Below, piece after piece: positions 32,392-41,771 of a stretch of DNA of 64,000 nt. This stretch comes from Planctomycetota bacterium (GTDB lineage Bacteria; Planctomycetota; UBA1135; UBA2386). How positions within the stretch are numbered: the first letter of the stretch is position 1; every line of letters starts with the position of its first letter. Location of the stretch: NCBI GenBank assembly GCA_046290465.1, contig JBKAGP010000001.1:4640001-4704000 (forward strand), written 5' to 3'. The notes beneath the pieces are model-generated. The model had not been told where the DNA came from. It was given only the letters and a program-made list of their open reading frames with translations, and searched no databases. The position numbers and the translations under genes were made by a program.

Positions 32392-33036
32392 TCAGGAGTG
32401 CGATCCGGTGGGCTGTCGCTTGCGGCCGAACATCGCGCCGAGCAGGAAGCCGGCGGTGACGGTCCACGGCACCCAGAAGCCGCCCTGCGCGATCGCGGTG
32501 CTGAGCATGGTCGACGGCAGGTCGCGTTCGATGCCGGTCGGGCCGAACCTGGTGTAGTGCGTGTCCCACTCCATCTGCTTGGCGAGCAGCGTGAACACGA
32601 CGACCAGGGCGCGCGCCGGGATCGCGTAGCACAGCATCGTCAAGGCCAGTCGCGGCCACAGCACGAACATGCCGACCATCAGCGTCGACGCGATGCCGGC
32701 GAGTGTCAGCACGGCGACGCGCAGCTTCGCGAACGTCTCTTCGCTCTGGTCGGCCTCGAGCAGCGGCCCGAACTGCCAGCCGACCGACGCCACGATCGCG
32801 GCGAATCCGATCAGCGACCACGGCCACGCCGGCCAGATCCGCGGCGTCGAACCCTCGCGGCGCAGCTGCATCCCGAACCACGCGCCGAACACGATCGCCA
32901 GCCACGAGATGCCGAGCGGGTGCAGCGCGCCGCCGGAGCGCGGCGGGACCCACTCGTTGATCTCCGCGACCAGGCGCGCGGTGCTGACGAGCGCGGTGAT
33001 CAGCGACGGCCAGAGGATCAGGCGAAGCGTCGACAT
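32392..33036 (-). CDS. Multi-pass membrane protein
   Basis: About 6 hydrophobic segments. Confidence 0.75.
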   Translation of the reverse strand: MSTLRLILWPSLITALVSTARLVAEINEWVPPRSGGALHPLGISWLAIVFGAWFGMQLRREGSTPRIWPAWPWSLIGFAAIVASVGWQFGPLLEADQSEETFAKLRVAVLTLAGIASTLMVGMFVLWPRLALTMLCYAIPARALVVVFTLLAKQMEWDTHYTRFGPTGIERDLPSTMLSTAIAQGGFWVPWTVTAGFLLGAMFGRKRQPTGSHS

Positions 33037-33055
33037 GCGCAGCCCAACGGCGGGA

Positions 33056-33436
33056 TCAGCCCGGAATTGCGTGCTGCTGCAGCGCCGCGAGCGGCACGAT
33101 CTCCAGCGTGCGCTCGTGCGTCGACTCCAGCACGACCCGCGGCGCCTTGCCGGCCTCGGCCGCCTCCGCCCAGCGCGCCGCGCACAGGCACCAGCGGTCG
33201 CCCGGCTGCAGCCCGGCGAACGCGAACTCCGGTCGCGGCGTCGACAGGTCGTTGCCCGCCTCCTTGGAGAAGTGCAGGAACTCGTCGGTGACCTCGGCGC
33301 AGACCGTGTGCACGCCGTGGTCGTCGGCGGAGGTGTTGCAGCAGCCGTCGCGGAAGAACCCGGTCATGGGTTCGGTGCCACACGGTTTCAGTTCGGTTCC
33401 GAGGACGTTCTTGGCCAGGGCTTGCGTCGGGTTCAT
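33056..33436 (-). CDS. DUF2237 family protein
   Basis: NVLG..L..C...PMTGFFRDGCC, GNDLSTP, GDRWCLCAARW. Confidence 0.95.
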   Translation of the reverse strand: MNPTQALAKNVLGTELKPCGTEPMTGFFRDGCCNTSADDHGVHTVCAEVTDEFLHFSKEAGNDLSTPRPEFAFAGLQPGDRWCLCAARWAEAAEAGKAPRVVLESTHERTLEIVPLAALQQHAIPG

Positions 33437-33489
33437 CGGTGCTGGTCGCTTCGCGGTGACCAGCACTATAGATGCGTCGCCGGACGTTG

Positions 33490-35955
33490 CTACCAGCCGA
33501 TGCGCAGCGTGGTCGTGCGTTCGCGCTCGACCGAGAACCGCTCGAACCGCGCCGGCTCTTGGCCGCGTTGCGTCGACAGCACGTAGTCGCCCGGCGGCAG
33601 CTGCAGGTCGGTGTCGAGCACGCGCAGGCCGTCGACGCGCACGTCGAACGGTTGTCGCAGCGACGTGATCTCGACGTGCAGGTCCTTCGGCCGGTTCGTC
33701 GTCGGCGTCTCGAAGTGCAGCCGCCCGGGGCGCGGCAGCGGCACGGTGCCGAGGTCGCAGTCGGCCTTGCCGTCGATCCAGTGCCGTCCCAGCGACACCG
33801 CGCCGCAGCCGGGCAGCCACATCTCGACCTCGTAGAACCCGGCCGGCAGATGCTGTTGCTGCCACGGGAGGTGCGCCGACTCGACGACGCTCTCGATCTC
33901 CTGACCCTTGGCGTTGGTCCGCTTCGACTTCGCCCGCGGCACGCGGATGCCGCGGCTGACGTCCGACGCGACGTGCCGCACGCGCAGGCGCAGGTCGGTC
34001 AGGTCGCAGTCGTCGTCAGCGGTCGGCTGCATCGTCAGCGTGCTGCCTTCGCCGAGCGCGCCGGTCAGCGACAGGTCGGCCAGGCCGGGTAGCACGCTCG
34101 GTTCGCGTGCGATCGGGAAGCGACGGTCGTTGCCCTTGGCCCAGACCGTCACGGTGCCGCGCTGGTTGGGCAGGTTGGCGAGCACGAACGTGCCGTGCGC
34201 GTCGGTCATGGTCCGGTCGGCCCAGCTGCCGTCCTCGGCATACCACTCGACCGTGGCCTCGGCGATCGGCTCGCCGTCGCCGTCGAGCAGGACGCCGCGC
34301 ACGCACGCGTCGCGCTTCAGGTGCACGTCCTGGCGGTGCAGGCCGTTGGTCAGCAGCAGCGGCGCCGAGCCGAGCCCCGCCCGGTCGCCGCCGGCGCGGA
34401 TCACGACCTCGCCCCTGCCGAGGCCTTCGATGCGGTAGCGTCCCTGGTCGTCGGTGCGGGTCCGCTCGAGCGGCTGCGCGCCGCCGCCGAAGGCCATCAC
34501 CGGCACCCTGGCACACGGCCGGCCGTCCTCACCGAACACGATGCCCTCGACGACGCTGGTGGGCGCCTGCTCCGGGTTGGCCCGGTGCAGCCGGAACTTC
34601 GCGCCGCGAAGCTCGGGACTGGAGCCGGTGATCGCCAGCGAGGCGCTGGTGACCTCGTACTCGAGTTGCCCGAGCACGAGATCGAGGTGGCTGCTGGCGT
34701 CTTCGGGCTCGGTGCGGATCGACACCAGCGAACGTTCGCCAAACTGCGCGTGCGGATGGATGCCGAGGCCCAGTTCGGTGTCGTTGGTCCGTTCGGGGAT
34801 GGCCAGCTGCGAACTGATGTTGCTCAGGAAGCGAACCTGCGAGCCCTGGCTGTAGACGACGTACTGGCCGGTCTGCGCTTCGTGCAGCAGCGTCACGTGC
34901 GTTGGCTTGCCATGCTCGAGCACGACGCGCCGTCGGTGCCCGCGCGGATCGTGCAGGTCGACCTCGACGCGCGGCTGGCGGGCGTTCCACGAGACGACGG
35001 TGTCGCCGTCGGCGTCGGTGGCCTGCTTGCTGTAGCGCAACGCGCCGTGCGGTGGCGCCAGTCGCGGTCGGTAGTCCTTGATCGGCACGCCGAGCGGATC
35101 GACGACGTGCACGTGCAGCTCCATCGCGTACGGGTGCGCGAGCCAGCTGTCGTCGGTCGGGCCGCCGGCCATCGTCGTGCGCGCCGTGTCGTCGGGATCC
35201 GCGAGGTCGGGAGCCTCGGAGCTGCTCGCCGCGCCGTGCTCGACGCTCGTCTGCTGCTGGCCGATCGGTGGCGCCGGCTCACCGCCGTCGTAGAGCATCC
35301 ATCCGCCGAAACACAGCACGGCCGCCGCGGCGGCCACCTTCATCGAGGTCTTCATCACCAGCACTCCAGTCGTCACGGGAATCACGATGGAGCCGAGCGG
35401 CAGGCCGAACGCGACCGCGAGCGCGGGTCGCCATTCGTGTCGGCCGTCGCGGGACATGCGTTCGCGCAGCTGCGCCAGCCCGCGCGCGAGCCGGCTCTTG
35501 ACCGTCGCGACGTTGCTGTCGGTGCGCTTCGCGATCGCGCGCGGCGGCAGGTCCTCGAAGTAGCGCAGGAACACCACGGTCTGGTACGGCTCGTCGAGCT
35601 GCAGCACGGCGTCGGTCACCGACTGCAGCGTTTCCCGCCGCGCCAGGACCTCGGCCGGGGACGGCTGGCCCTCCCTTGCAGCACGCTCGGCGTGCCGGGT
35701 CTCCCGCTGCAGTCGGCGGCGTTCGCCACGCCGCCACTGGCGGGTGAAGTTGGTCACCGTGCGCTGCAGCCAGCCGCCGAGCGGCCCTGGCTGCAGTTCG
35801 TTCCGCGAGGTCCAGGCCTTGGCCAGCGTCTGCTGCGCGACGTCCTCGGCCGCGTGCGGGTCACGCAGCAGGTCGCGCGCGAGGCTGCGCACGGATGCGG
35901 CGTGGCGTTGCAGTTCCTGGTGTAGGTCGTCGGACATCGGCTCCGAGGGTTCCAT
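33490..35955 (-). CDS. ECF sigma factor fused to a TM segment and carboxypeptidase-regulatory-like (Ig/TTR) domains
   Basis: AEDVAQQT, WLQR, LDEPYQTVVFLRYFEDL, TVKSRLARG; later VEGIVFGEDGRP, TDDQGRYRIEGL, VRGVLLDGDGEPI. Confidence 0.88.
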   Translation of the reverse strand: MEPSEPMSDDLHQELQRHAASVRSLARDLLRDPHAAEDVAQQTLAKAWTSRNELQPGPLGGWLQRTVTNFTRQWRRGERRRLQRETRHAERAAREGQPSPAEVLARRETLQSVTDAVLQLDEPYQTVVFLRYFEDLPPRAIAKRTDSNVATVKSRLARGLAQLRERMSRDGRHEWRPALAVAFGLPLGSIVIPVTTGVLVMKTSMKVAAAAAVLCFGGWMLYDGGEPAPPIGQQQTSVEHGAASSSEAPDLADPDDTARTTMAGGPTDDSWLAHPYAMELHVHVVDPLGVPIKDYRPRLAPPHGALRYSKQATDADGDTVVSWNARQPRVEVDLHDPRGHRRRVVLEHGKPTHVTLLHEAQTGQYVVYSQGSQVRFLSNISSQLAIPERTNDTELGLGIHPHAQFGERSLVSIRTEPEDASSHLDLVLGQLEYEVTSASLAITGSSPELRGAKFRLHRANPEQAPTSVVEGIVFGEDGRPCARVPVMAFGGGAQPLERTRTDDQGRYRIEGLGRGEVVIRAGGDRAGLGSAPLLLTNGLHRQDVHLKRDACVRGVLLDGDGEPIAEATVEWYAEDGSWADRTMTDAHGTFVLANLPNQRGTVTVWAKGNDRRFPIAREPSVLPGLADLSLTGALGEGSTLTMQPTADDDCDLTDLRLRVRHVASDVSRGIRVPRAKSKRTNAKGQEIESVVESAHLPWQQQHLPAGFYEVEMWLPGCGAVSLGRHWIDGKADCDLGTVPLPRPGRLHFETPTTNRPKDLHVEITSLRQPFDVRVDGLRVLDTDLQLPPGDYVLSTQRGQEPARFERFSVERERTTTLRIGW

Positions 35956-36016
35956 GCCGCACGACGCCGATCGATGGCGGAGAACTCACGAGTTTTCCGC
36001 CGGTGGTCCGGAGGCG

Positions 36017-37549
36017 CTACTTGCCGTCGATCGCCTTCAGCGGAAAGACCGACGACGGCGTGTGTTCGCGTGCGGCGATCTTCATCAGCTCGGCGACCTT
36101 GTCGGGCATCTCGGCGGCCAGGTCGTGCTGCTCGCGAGGATCCTTGCGCAGGTCGTAGAGCTCGGTCTTGGGCTGCTTGTGCATGTTCTTGCGCACCAGC
36201 TTGTAGCCACCGGCCCAGACCGCCTGCCAGCCGCGGTAGCCGGCGAACTCGCGGTAGAGGAACTCGCGATCGGCCTGCTCCTCGCCGCGCAGGGTCTGCG
36301 CGAAGCCGACCCCGTTGCAGCCATCGGGAACCTCACCACCGCACAGCGCGGCCAGCGTCGGCATCCAGTCCTCGAAGCCGGTCACGCGATCGCTGGCGCT
36401 GCCGGGCTCGACGTGGCCGGGCCAGCGCACGATCGCGGGAACGCGCACGCCGCCCTCGTACATCGACCCCTTGCGGCCGCGCAGCTCGCCGCACGATTCG
36501 AAGTAGTCGACGTCGGTGCCGCCGATCGGGCTGTGGGTCGCGCCGTTGTCCGACGTGAACACGACGATCGTGTCGTCGGCGAGATCGAGCTCGTCGAGGA
36601 TGTCGAGCAGTTCGCCGACCGAGCGGTCGAGGCGCGTGATCATCGCCGCGTAGGCAGCCTTCGGCTTGAAGTGCGGGGTGTAGCCCTTGCCGCCCGGATA
36701 CGGCTTGTCGTCGAACGCACCTTCGTACTGCGCCAGCTCCTCCTCGGGGACGTGCAGCGCCAGGTGTGGGATCACCGACGGGTAGTAGAGGAAGAACGGC
36801 TTGTCCTTGTTGCTGATCAAGAACGCCTTCGCCGCCGCCAGGATGTGGTCCGGCGCGTAGTCCTGGCCGCGGAAGCGCGCGTAGTTGGCCGGGTCGTTGG
36901 CATCCTCGCCGTTCTTCAGCTTGCCGTGGCCGGGCACGGCCGGCGAATTGGCCAGCCGGACCTTCTCACGGTCGCTCCACAGGTAGTCGGGGTAGTAGCT
37001 GTGCGCGTGGCGCTGGCAGTTGTAGCCGAAGAAGCGGTCGTAGCCGCGCGCCAGCGGATCGGCGTCGCTGCCCGGTGGGCCGAGGCCCCACTTGCCGAAC
37101 GCGCCGGTCGCATAGCCGGCATCGTGCAGCATCTCGCTCATCATCGGTTCGCCGCTGGGCAGCGCCCACTGCCCCTCCGGCTTGTGCTCCTTGTTGTTGC
37201 GCACGGCGGCGGTGCCCGGGTGCTTGCCGGTCATCAGCACGCAGCGCGATGGTGCGCACACGGGAGAACCCGAATAGTGCCGCGTCAGCCGCATGCCCTG
37301 GGCCGCGAGCCGGTCGAGCCGCGGCGTGCGGATCTTCTTCTGGCCGAAGCTGCCGAGCTCGCCGTAGCCGAGGTCGTCGGCCATCACGAACAGCACGTTG
37401 GGCTGCTTGCGCGTCTCGGCGCCGACGGTGCGGCCGAGGAAGCCCGCGGCTGCGCGGCGCGCCTGCTGATCCGGCTGCTGGCCCGCCAGCGGGCTCGGCA
37501 TCGGGATCACCAGCACGGCGACGAATGCGGAGAGGAGGTGGCGTTGCAT
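36017..37549 (-). CDS. Secreted arylsulfatase (Cys-type, formylglycine dependent)
   Basis: PNVLFVMADDLGYG, CAPSR, GKWGLG, FTSDNG, YEGGVRVP. Confidence 0.96.
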   Translation of the reverse strand: MQRHLLSAFVAVLVIPMPSPLAGQQPDQQARRAAAGFLGRTVGAETRKQPNVLFVMADDLGYGELGSFGQKKIRTPRLDRLAAQGMRLTRHYSGSPVCAPSRCVLMTGKHPGTAAVRNNKEHKPEGQWALPSGEPMMSEMLHDAGYATGAFGKWGLGPPGSDADPLARGYDRFFGYNCQRHAHSYYPDYLWSDREKVRLANSPAVPGHGKLKNGEDANDPANYARFRGQDYAPDHILAAAKAFLISNKDKPFFLYYPSVIPHLALHVPEEELAQYEGAFDDKPYPGGKGYTPHFKPKAAYAAMITRLDRSVGELLDILDELDLADDTIVVFTSDNGATHSPIGGTDVDYFESCGELRGRKGSMYEGGVRVPAIVRWPGHVEPGSASDRVTGFEDWMPTLAALCGGEVPDGCNGVGFAQTLRGEEQADREFLYREFAGYRGWQAVWAGGYKLVRKNMHKQPKTELYDLRKDPREQHDLAAEMPDKVAELMKIAAREHTPSSVFPLKAIDGK

Positions 37550-37640
37550 GGCGCGCAGTCTAGCCCGCATCGCGGCGGCGGTCTCGATCTGGTCCGGCTC
37601 GCTACCGGGCGTGGCCGATACGGCCGAGGAGCTGGTGCGC

Positions 37641-38312
37641 ATGAACCCGAATCCGCAAGACCCTGACCTTCGCCCCGACCGCAGCCGCGCGCTGCAGCGC
37701 GCCGCGGTGCTGGTGGCGCTGCTGCTGCTGGCGTTCTACGCCGCGATCCCGAACCTCGACGGCGTGCCGCGACGATCGGCCAACGAGAGCGCGGCGATCG
37801 CGACGCTGAAGAACCTGCGCGCCGGCCAGCGGGACCTTCGTGAGCGCGCCCTGGTCGATCGCGATGGCGACGGCGTCGGTGAGCACGGCTTCCTCGCGCA
37901 GCTGGCGGGCGCGGCCGAGTTGCCCGGCGGCGGCGTCGCCGACCCGCCGCTGGTATCGAGGGCGTTCGGCAACGTCGTCGACGGGCGGGTCCTGCGCAGT
38001 GGCTACCGCTTCGCGATGTTCCTGCCGCGTGCCGGCGGCGGCTGGCTGTCGGAGCTGCCGGACGGCGGCGAGCCGGACGACGTCGACGCCGACGCCGCGG
38101 AGCGTTCGTGGCTGCTGTACGCATGGCCGGTGGCACCGCGACGTTCTGGTCGGCGCAGCTTCGTCATCGACGAGCACGGCGACGTGCACGCGACCGGGGA
38201 CCACCGCGAGCCGGTGCCGGGGGTCAGCGCGTTCTGCGTCGTCGACGGGCAGCGGCAACTGGCGCACGCCACGGCCGACGAGCGCGGGGCGGTCTGGGTG
38301 ATCGTGCAGTAG
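37641..38312 (+). CDS. Pilin-like protein (TM-IPNL..ANESAAIATLK), DUF2950-like C-terminus
   Basis: AIPNL, NESAAIATLKNL, DRDGDG, YAWPV..SGRRSFVIDEHGDV. Confidence 0.7.
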   Translation: MNPNPQDPDLRPDRSRALQRAAVLVALLLLAFYAAIPNLDGVPRRSANESAAIATLKNLRAGQRDLRERALVDRDGDGVGEHGFLAQLAGAAELPGGGVADPPLVSRAFGNVVDGRVLRSGYRFAMFLPRAGGGWLSELPDGGEPDDVDADAAERSWLLYAWPVAPRRSGRRSFVIDEHGDVHATGDHREPVPGVSAFCVVDGQRQLAHATADERGAVWVIVQ

Positions 38313-38465
38313 GCGTCGCCGTCTCATTCCGGGCTGCGCCGACTTCAGTCGAGCGCGCCGGCCGACGACATAGGTGCGCCGGAGTGGACGGAGCATCGAT
38401 CGGTGGTCCGCGCGCCCGGCGTCCACCCACACTTCGGCGCCACGTTCTCGAACCAAGGAATGGTC

Positions 38466-39506
38466 ATGAACGTGCACTCGCGTCCTTCTTCTGCTGCTCT
38501 TCGTCGCCGCCAGCGCCTTCCTGGCGGCATTCCTGCGGCGCCGCCTGGCCGGCGGCGACCTGCACGCACCGGTTGGCTGGTGCTCGCCGTCGGCGGCGTC
38601 GTCGCCGTCGCGGCGACCGCGTTCGGCGTGCCCGTCCTCGACGGGTTTGCGGGCGGACCGGATCGGCAGCACGTCGACGTGCTGTTCGGTCACGACGCGC
38701 GCGTGCTCGGCTCGGTGCAGACGAACGACGCGCAGGTGGAGCTCGGCAGGTGGCTGTTCGAGCACACGCCGGTCGCCGCCGGCGCGGGCCATGCGAGCTG
38801 TGCCGAATGCCATCCGCGCGATCGGCTCGGCACCGACGGCCGGACCCACGAACGCAACACGCCGGCGCTGGTCGACGTGTCGCGGCAGCTGGTGCTCGGC
38901 TGGGACGGGGGCGAACGCGACCTCGTCGAGGTGGTCCGTCGAGAGCTGATCTCGCGATGCGGGATCGTCGACGACGTCGCGGTGCGCGACCTCCTGGAAG
39001 CCGACGACGAGCTGCGCGCGCTCTACCAGCGCGCGTTCCCGCGGCAGCCGGCCTCGCTCGGACGGTTGGCGGTGGCGCTGTCCGGCGAGCTGTCGACCTG
39101 GACCACGCGCGGCCGCTGGGACCGCTACGTCGAAGGCGACGACCATGCGTTGACGGCACTCGAGCGCCGCGGCCTCGAGCAGTTCGTCGCGGTCGGCTGC
39201 GGCGCCTGCCATCGTGGCCGCAACCTCGGCGGTGCGTCGGCGCACGTGCTCGGCTTGCGCCACGAGTACGACACCGACGACGACGGCCGCATGGCCGTCA
39301 CCGGGCGGCGCGAGGACCATCGCGTGTTCAAGGCGCCGATGCTGCGCCACGCGGCGAGGACCGGCCCCTACCTGCACGACGGTTCGGTGCACGAGCTGGC
39401 GGAGGTGGTGCGGCGGATGGCGCACCACGAACTCGACCGGCAGCTGCGCGACGACCAGGTGCAGGCGATCGTCGCGTTCCTGCAGGCGACCTCCGAGTCG
39501 CGGTGA
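38466..39506 (+). CDS. Di-heme cytochrome c peroxidase/MauG family protein
   Basis: CAECH, RNTPAL, WDG, CGACH, FKAPMLR, GPYLHDG. Confidence 0.9.
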   Translation: MNVHSRPSSAALRRRQRLPGGIPAAPPGRRRPARTGWLVLAVGGVVAVAATAFGVPVLDGFAGGPDRQHVDVLFGHDARVLGSVQTNDAQVELGRWLFEHTPVAAGAGHASCAECHPRDRLGTDGRTHERNTPALVDVSRQLVLGWDGGERDLVEVVRRELISRCGIVDDVAVRDLLEADDELRALYQRAFPRQPASLGRLAVALSGELSTWTTRGRWDRYVEGDDHALTALERRGLEQFVAVGCGACHRGRNLGGASAHVLGLRHEYDTDDDGRMAVTGRREDHRVFKAPMLRHAARTGPYLHDGSVHELAEVVRRMAHHELDRQLRDDQVQAIVAFLQATSESR

Positions 39507-39560
39507 GCACGGCACGACGGAGCCACGTGCCTTCTTCCTACCGAGACCTGGAGACGAACG

Positions 39561-40298
39561 ATGAACGATGACAATGATGGGGTCGACGCGATCGATCCTC
39601 GAACGCCCGAACCCGAGGTCGCCCGACCGCGACGCCTGCGCTGGTGGTTGGCCGGTGCGCTGGCCGCGGCCCTGACGACGATCTGGTTGGTGGTGATCGA
39701 ACCCAACCTGCGCGCCGCGCGCATCAACCGCAACGAGTCCGCGGCGATCGCCGCACTCAAGAACATCTCGTCGGCGCAGGCGCAGATGCAGGCGGCCGGC
39801 GTCAACGACGGCGACGGCAACGGCCAGGGCGAGTATGCGTTCTTCGGCCAGCTGGCCGGCAGCGCGTTGCTGCGCCGCCCTTCGGGGCAGCCGCCGGTGC
39901 GCTGTGATCCGCCGGTGTTGTCGGCGAGGTTCGGCGACGTCGTCGACGGCCGCGTGCGCGTCGGCGGCTATTGGTTCGAGATGTTCCTGGCGACGGCCGA
40001 CGGAGAGTGGGTCGCGGAGCGCGCGGACCAGGTGCACCTGGTCAGCATCGCGGAGTCCGAGGTGCTGTGGACCTGCTACGCATATCCGGTCGAGCTGGGT
40101 GTGACCGGTCGACGTGCGTTCATGACCAACCAGTCCGGCGACGTGTTGATGACCAACCAGGCCGGCTATGCCGGCGACGATCGACCCGAGCCGGGACTAG
40201 CGGGGTTTGCCTACGACGGCGACCCGACCTGGATCGTCGGCGCGCGCGTCGCTGCCAACACCGCCGACGCGCACGGACACACCTGGGTCGTCGGTTGA
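39561..40298 (+). CDS. Pilin-like protein, paralog of 37641-38312
   Basis: IEPNL, NESAAIAALKNI, NDGDGNG, YAYPV..TGRRAFMTNQSGDV. Confidence 0.7.
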   Translation: MNDDNDGVDAIDPRTPEPEVARPRRLRWWLAGALAAALTTIWLVVIEPNLRAARINRNESAAIAALKNISSAQAQMQAAGVNDGDGNGQGEYAFFGQLAGSALLRRPSGQPPVRCDPPVLSARFGDVVDGRVRVGGYWFEMFLATADGEWVAERADQVHLVSIAESEVLWTCYAYPVELGVTGRRAFMTNQSGDVLMTNQAGYAGDDRPEPGLAGFAYDGDPTWIVGARVAANTADAHGHTWVVG

Positions 40299-40358
40299 TG
40301 AGAACGCTTCCAGTCGCGTGACGATTGGATCCCGAGCGTGGAGGCGTAGCCTGACCGC

Positions 40359-41573
40359 ATGAACACGGTCGGGCGGCGCCTGTTCTGGATCACGACGAGC
40401 CTCGCGCTCGCGGTCTGCTGCGTGCAGACGATCCGCAAGGCGCTGCGGCCGTATGGCTACGACCTGACGGCCTACCTCGACGCCGGCGCCGCGGCGCTCG
40501 CAGGCCAGAGCCCATACGGGTTGGAGGTGACGTTCCCCTATCTGTACTCGCCATTCTTCGCGTGCCTGATGGTGCCGTGGACCTGGCTGCCGGGGACCGT
40601 CGCGGCGCTCTTGTGGTTTGCGATCAGCGTCTGGTCGCTCGGCTACGTGGTCGCGCGCGTCGGTGGCTGGGTCGGCGGCACGGCGCGCAGCGGCGGCTGG
40701 TGGCTCGCGGCGATGGCGCTGCTCGCCGTCGGCTGGTACCGGATCGTGCACAGCAACCTCGTCAACGGCCAGGTCAACCTGATCCTGTTGGCCATGTGCG
40801 TCGCGAGCTTCGAGGCCGAACGGCGCGGCCGCAGCGCAAGGGCCGGGTTCTGGCTGGCGCTGGCCGTGCACACCAAGGCGCTGCCGATCCTGCTGCTCGG
40901 CTACCTGCTGGTCCGACGGCGCTGGGCCGCGATCGGTTGGTGCGCGTCGTTCGGCGTCGCGTTCGCGGTCGCGCCGGCGGTGTTCTGGGGTGATGAGACG
41001 CTGGCGGTGTATCGCGCCTACGTCGAACAGCTGCAGCAGAAGATCGCGCGCGGCACGATCGACGACGGCGCGATCACGATCGCCAGCCGCGGGGATCTCG
41101 AGTACTTCACGCTGCGCGGGTTGCTGGCGGTGCTGTTGCCGTCGACCTCGGCGAGCGTGCTCGTCAAGTATGCGTGCCTTGCGGCCGTGGTCGGTGGCGC
41201 GTTCGTCGTCGACCTGGTGGCGCGCCGGTCACGCGAACGGCTCGTGCACGGCGCCGCGTTCGCGACCTGGCTCGCGGCGTCGCTGCTGATCTCGCCGATC
41301 TCGGAGAAGCACCACCTGGCGTTGACGTTCCCGGCATGGGCGGTGGGGGCGTTTGCGGTGGCGCGGCGTCCAAGTGCGGTTGCGATCGGTCTGTTGGCCG
41401 CGTGCACGGTCGTGATCTGGATCGCCAAGCACCTGCCCGAGGGGCCTTGGTACCTGCTGACGATCGTCGTGTCGCTGGCGATGGTGTGGCACGCAGCGTC
41501 GCCACGCAGCGGCCAGGTGGAACGCGAGGCCGGCTCCCTGCGCGAGGCCGTCGGCGGATCGGCTTCGACCTAG
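40359..41573 (+). CDS. GT87/DUF2029 membrane glycosyltransferase
   Basis: DLTAY, YLYSPFFA, NGQVN, K..P, SPISEKHH; many TMs. Confidence 0.88.
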   Translation: MNTVGRRLFWITTSLALAVCCVQTIRKALRPYGYDLTAYLDAGAAALAGQSPYGLEVTFPYLYSPFFACLMVPWTWLPGTVAALLWFAISVWSLGYVVARVGGWVGGTARSGGWWLAAMALLAVGWYRIVHSNLVNGQVNLILLAMCVASFEAERRGRSARAGFWLALAVHTKALPILLLGYLLVRRRWAAIGWCASFGVAFAVAPAVFWGDETLAVYRAYVEQLQQKIARGTIDDGAITIASRGDLEYFTLRGLLAVLLPSTSASVLVKYACLAAVVGGAFVVDLVARRSRERLVHGAAFATWLAASLLISPISEKHHLALTFPAWAVGAFAVARRPSAVAIGLLAACTVVIWIAKHLPEGPWYLLTIVVSLAMVWHAASPRSGQVEREAGSLREAVGGSAST

Positions 41574-41601
41574 AGGAGCAACCGCCTTCTCGGCCGGTCC
41601 T

Positions 41602-41771
41602 CTAGTGGGCAAAGCCCCGTCCGCACGCGTACACGCCGCCTCCGCGATCACGGTTGGCAGCGCGTCCACTACATGGACGCGCTCCTAGCGGGCAAAGCCC
41701 CGTCCGCACGCGTACACGCCGCTTCCGCGATCACGGTTGGCAGCGCGTCCACTACATGGACGCGCTCCTAG
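41602..41771 (+). mobile_element. Tandem doublet of an 83-bp CTAG-bounded non-coding element
   Basis: CTAG at 41602, 41685 and 41768; units differ at 2 positions; hairpin AGCGCGTCCA-CTACA-TGGACGCGCT. The repeat is certain; mobility is inferred. Confidence 0.8.

Noticed and set aside
41602..41771. CRISPR array (repeats containing a palindrome)
   Set aside because: The sequence between the palindromes is conserved rather than unique, there are only two units per locus, and no cas genes are present
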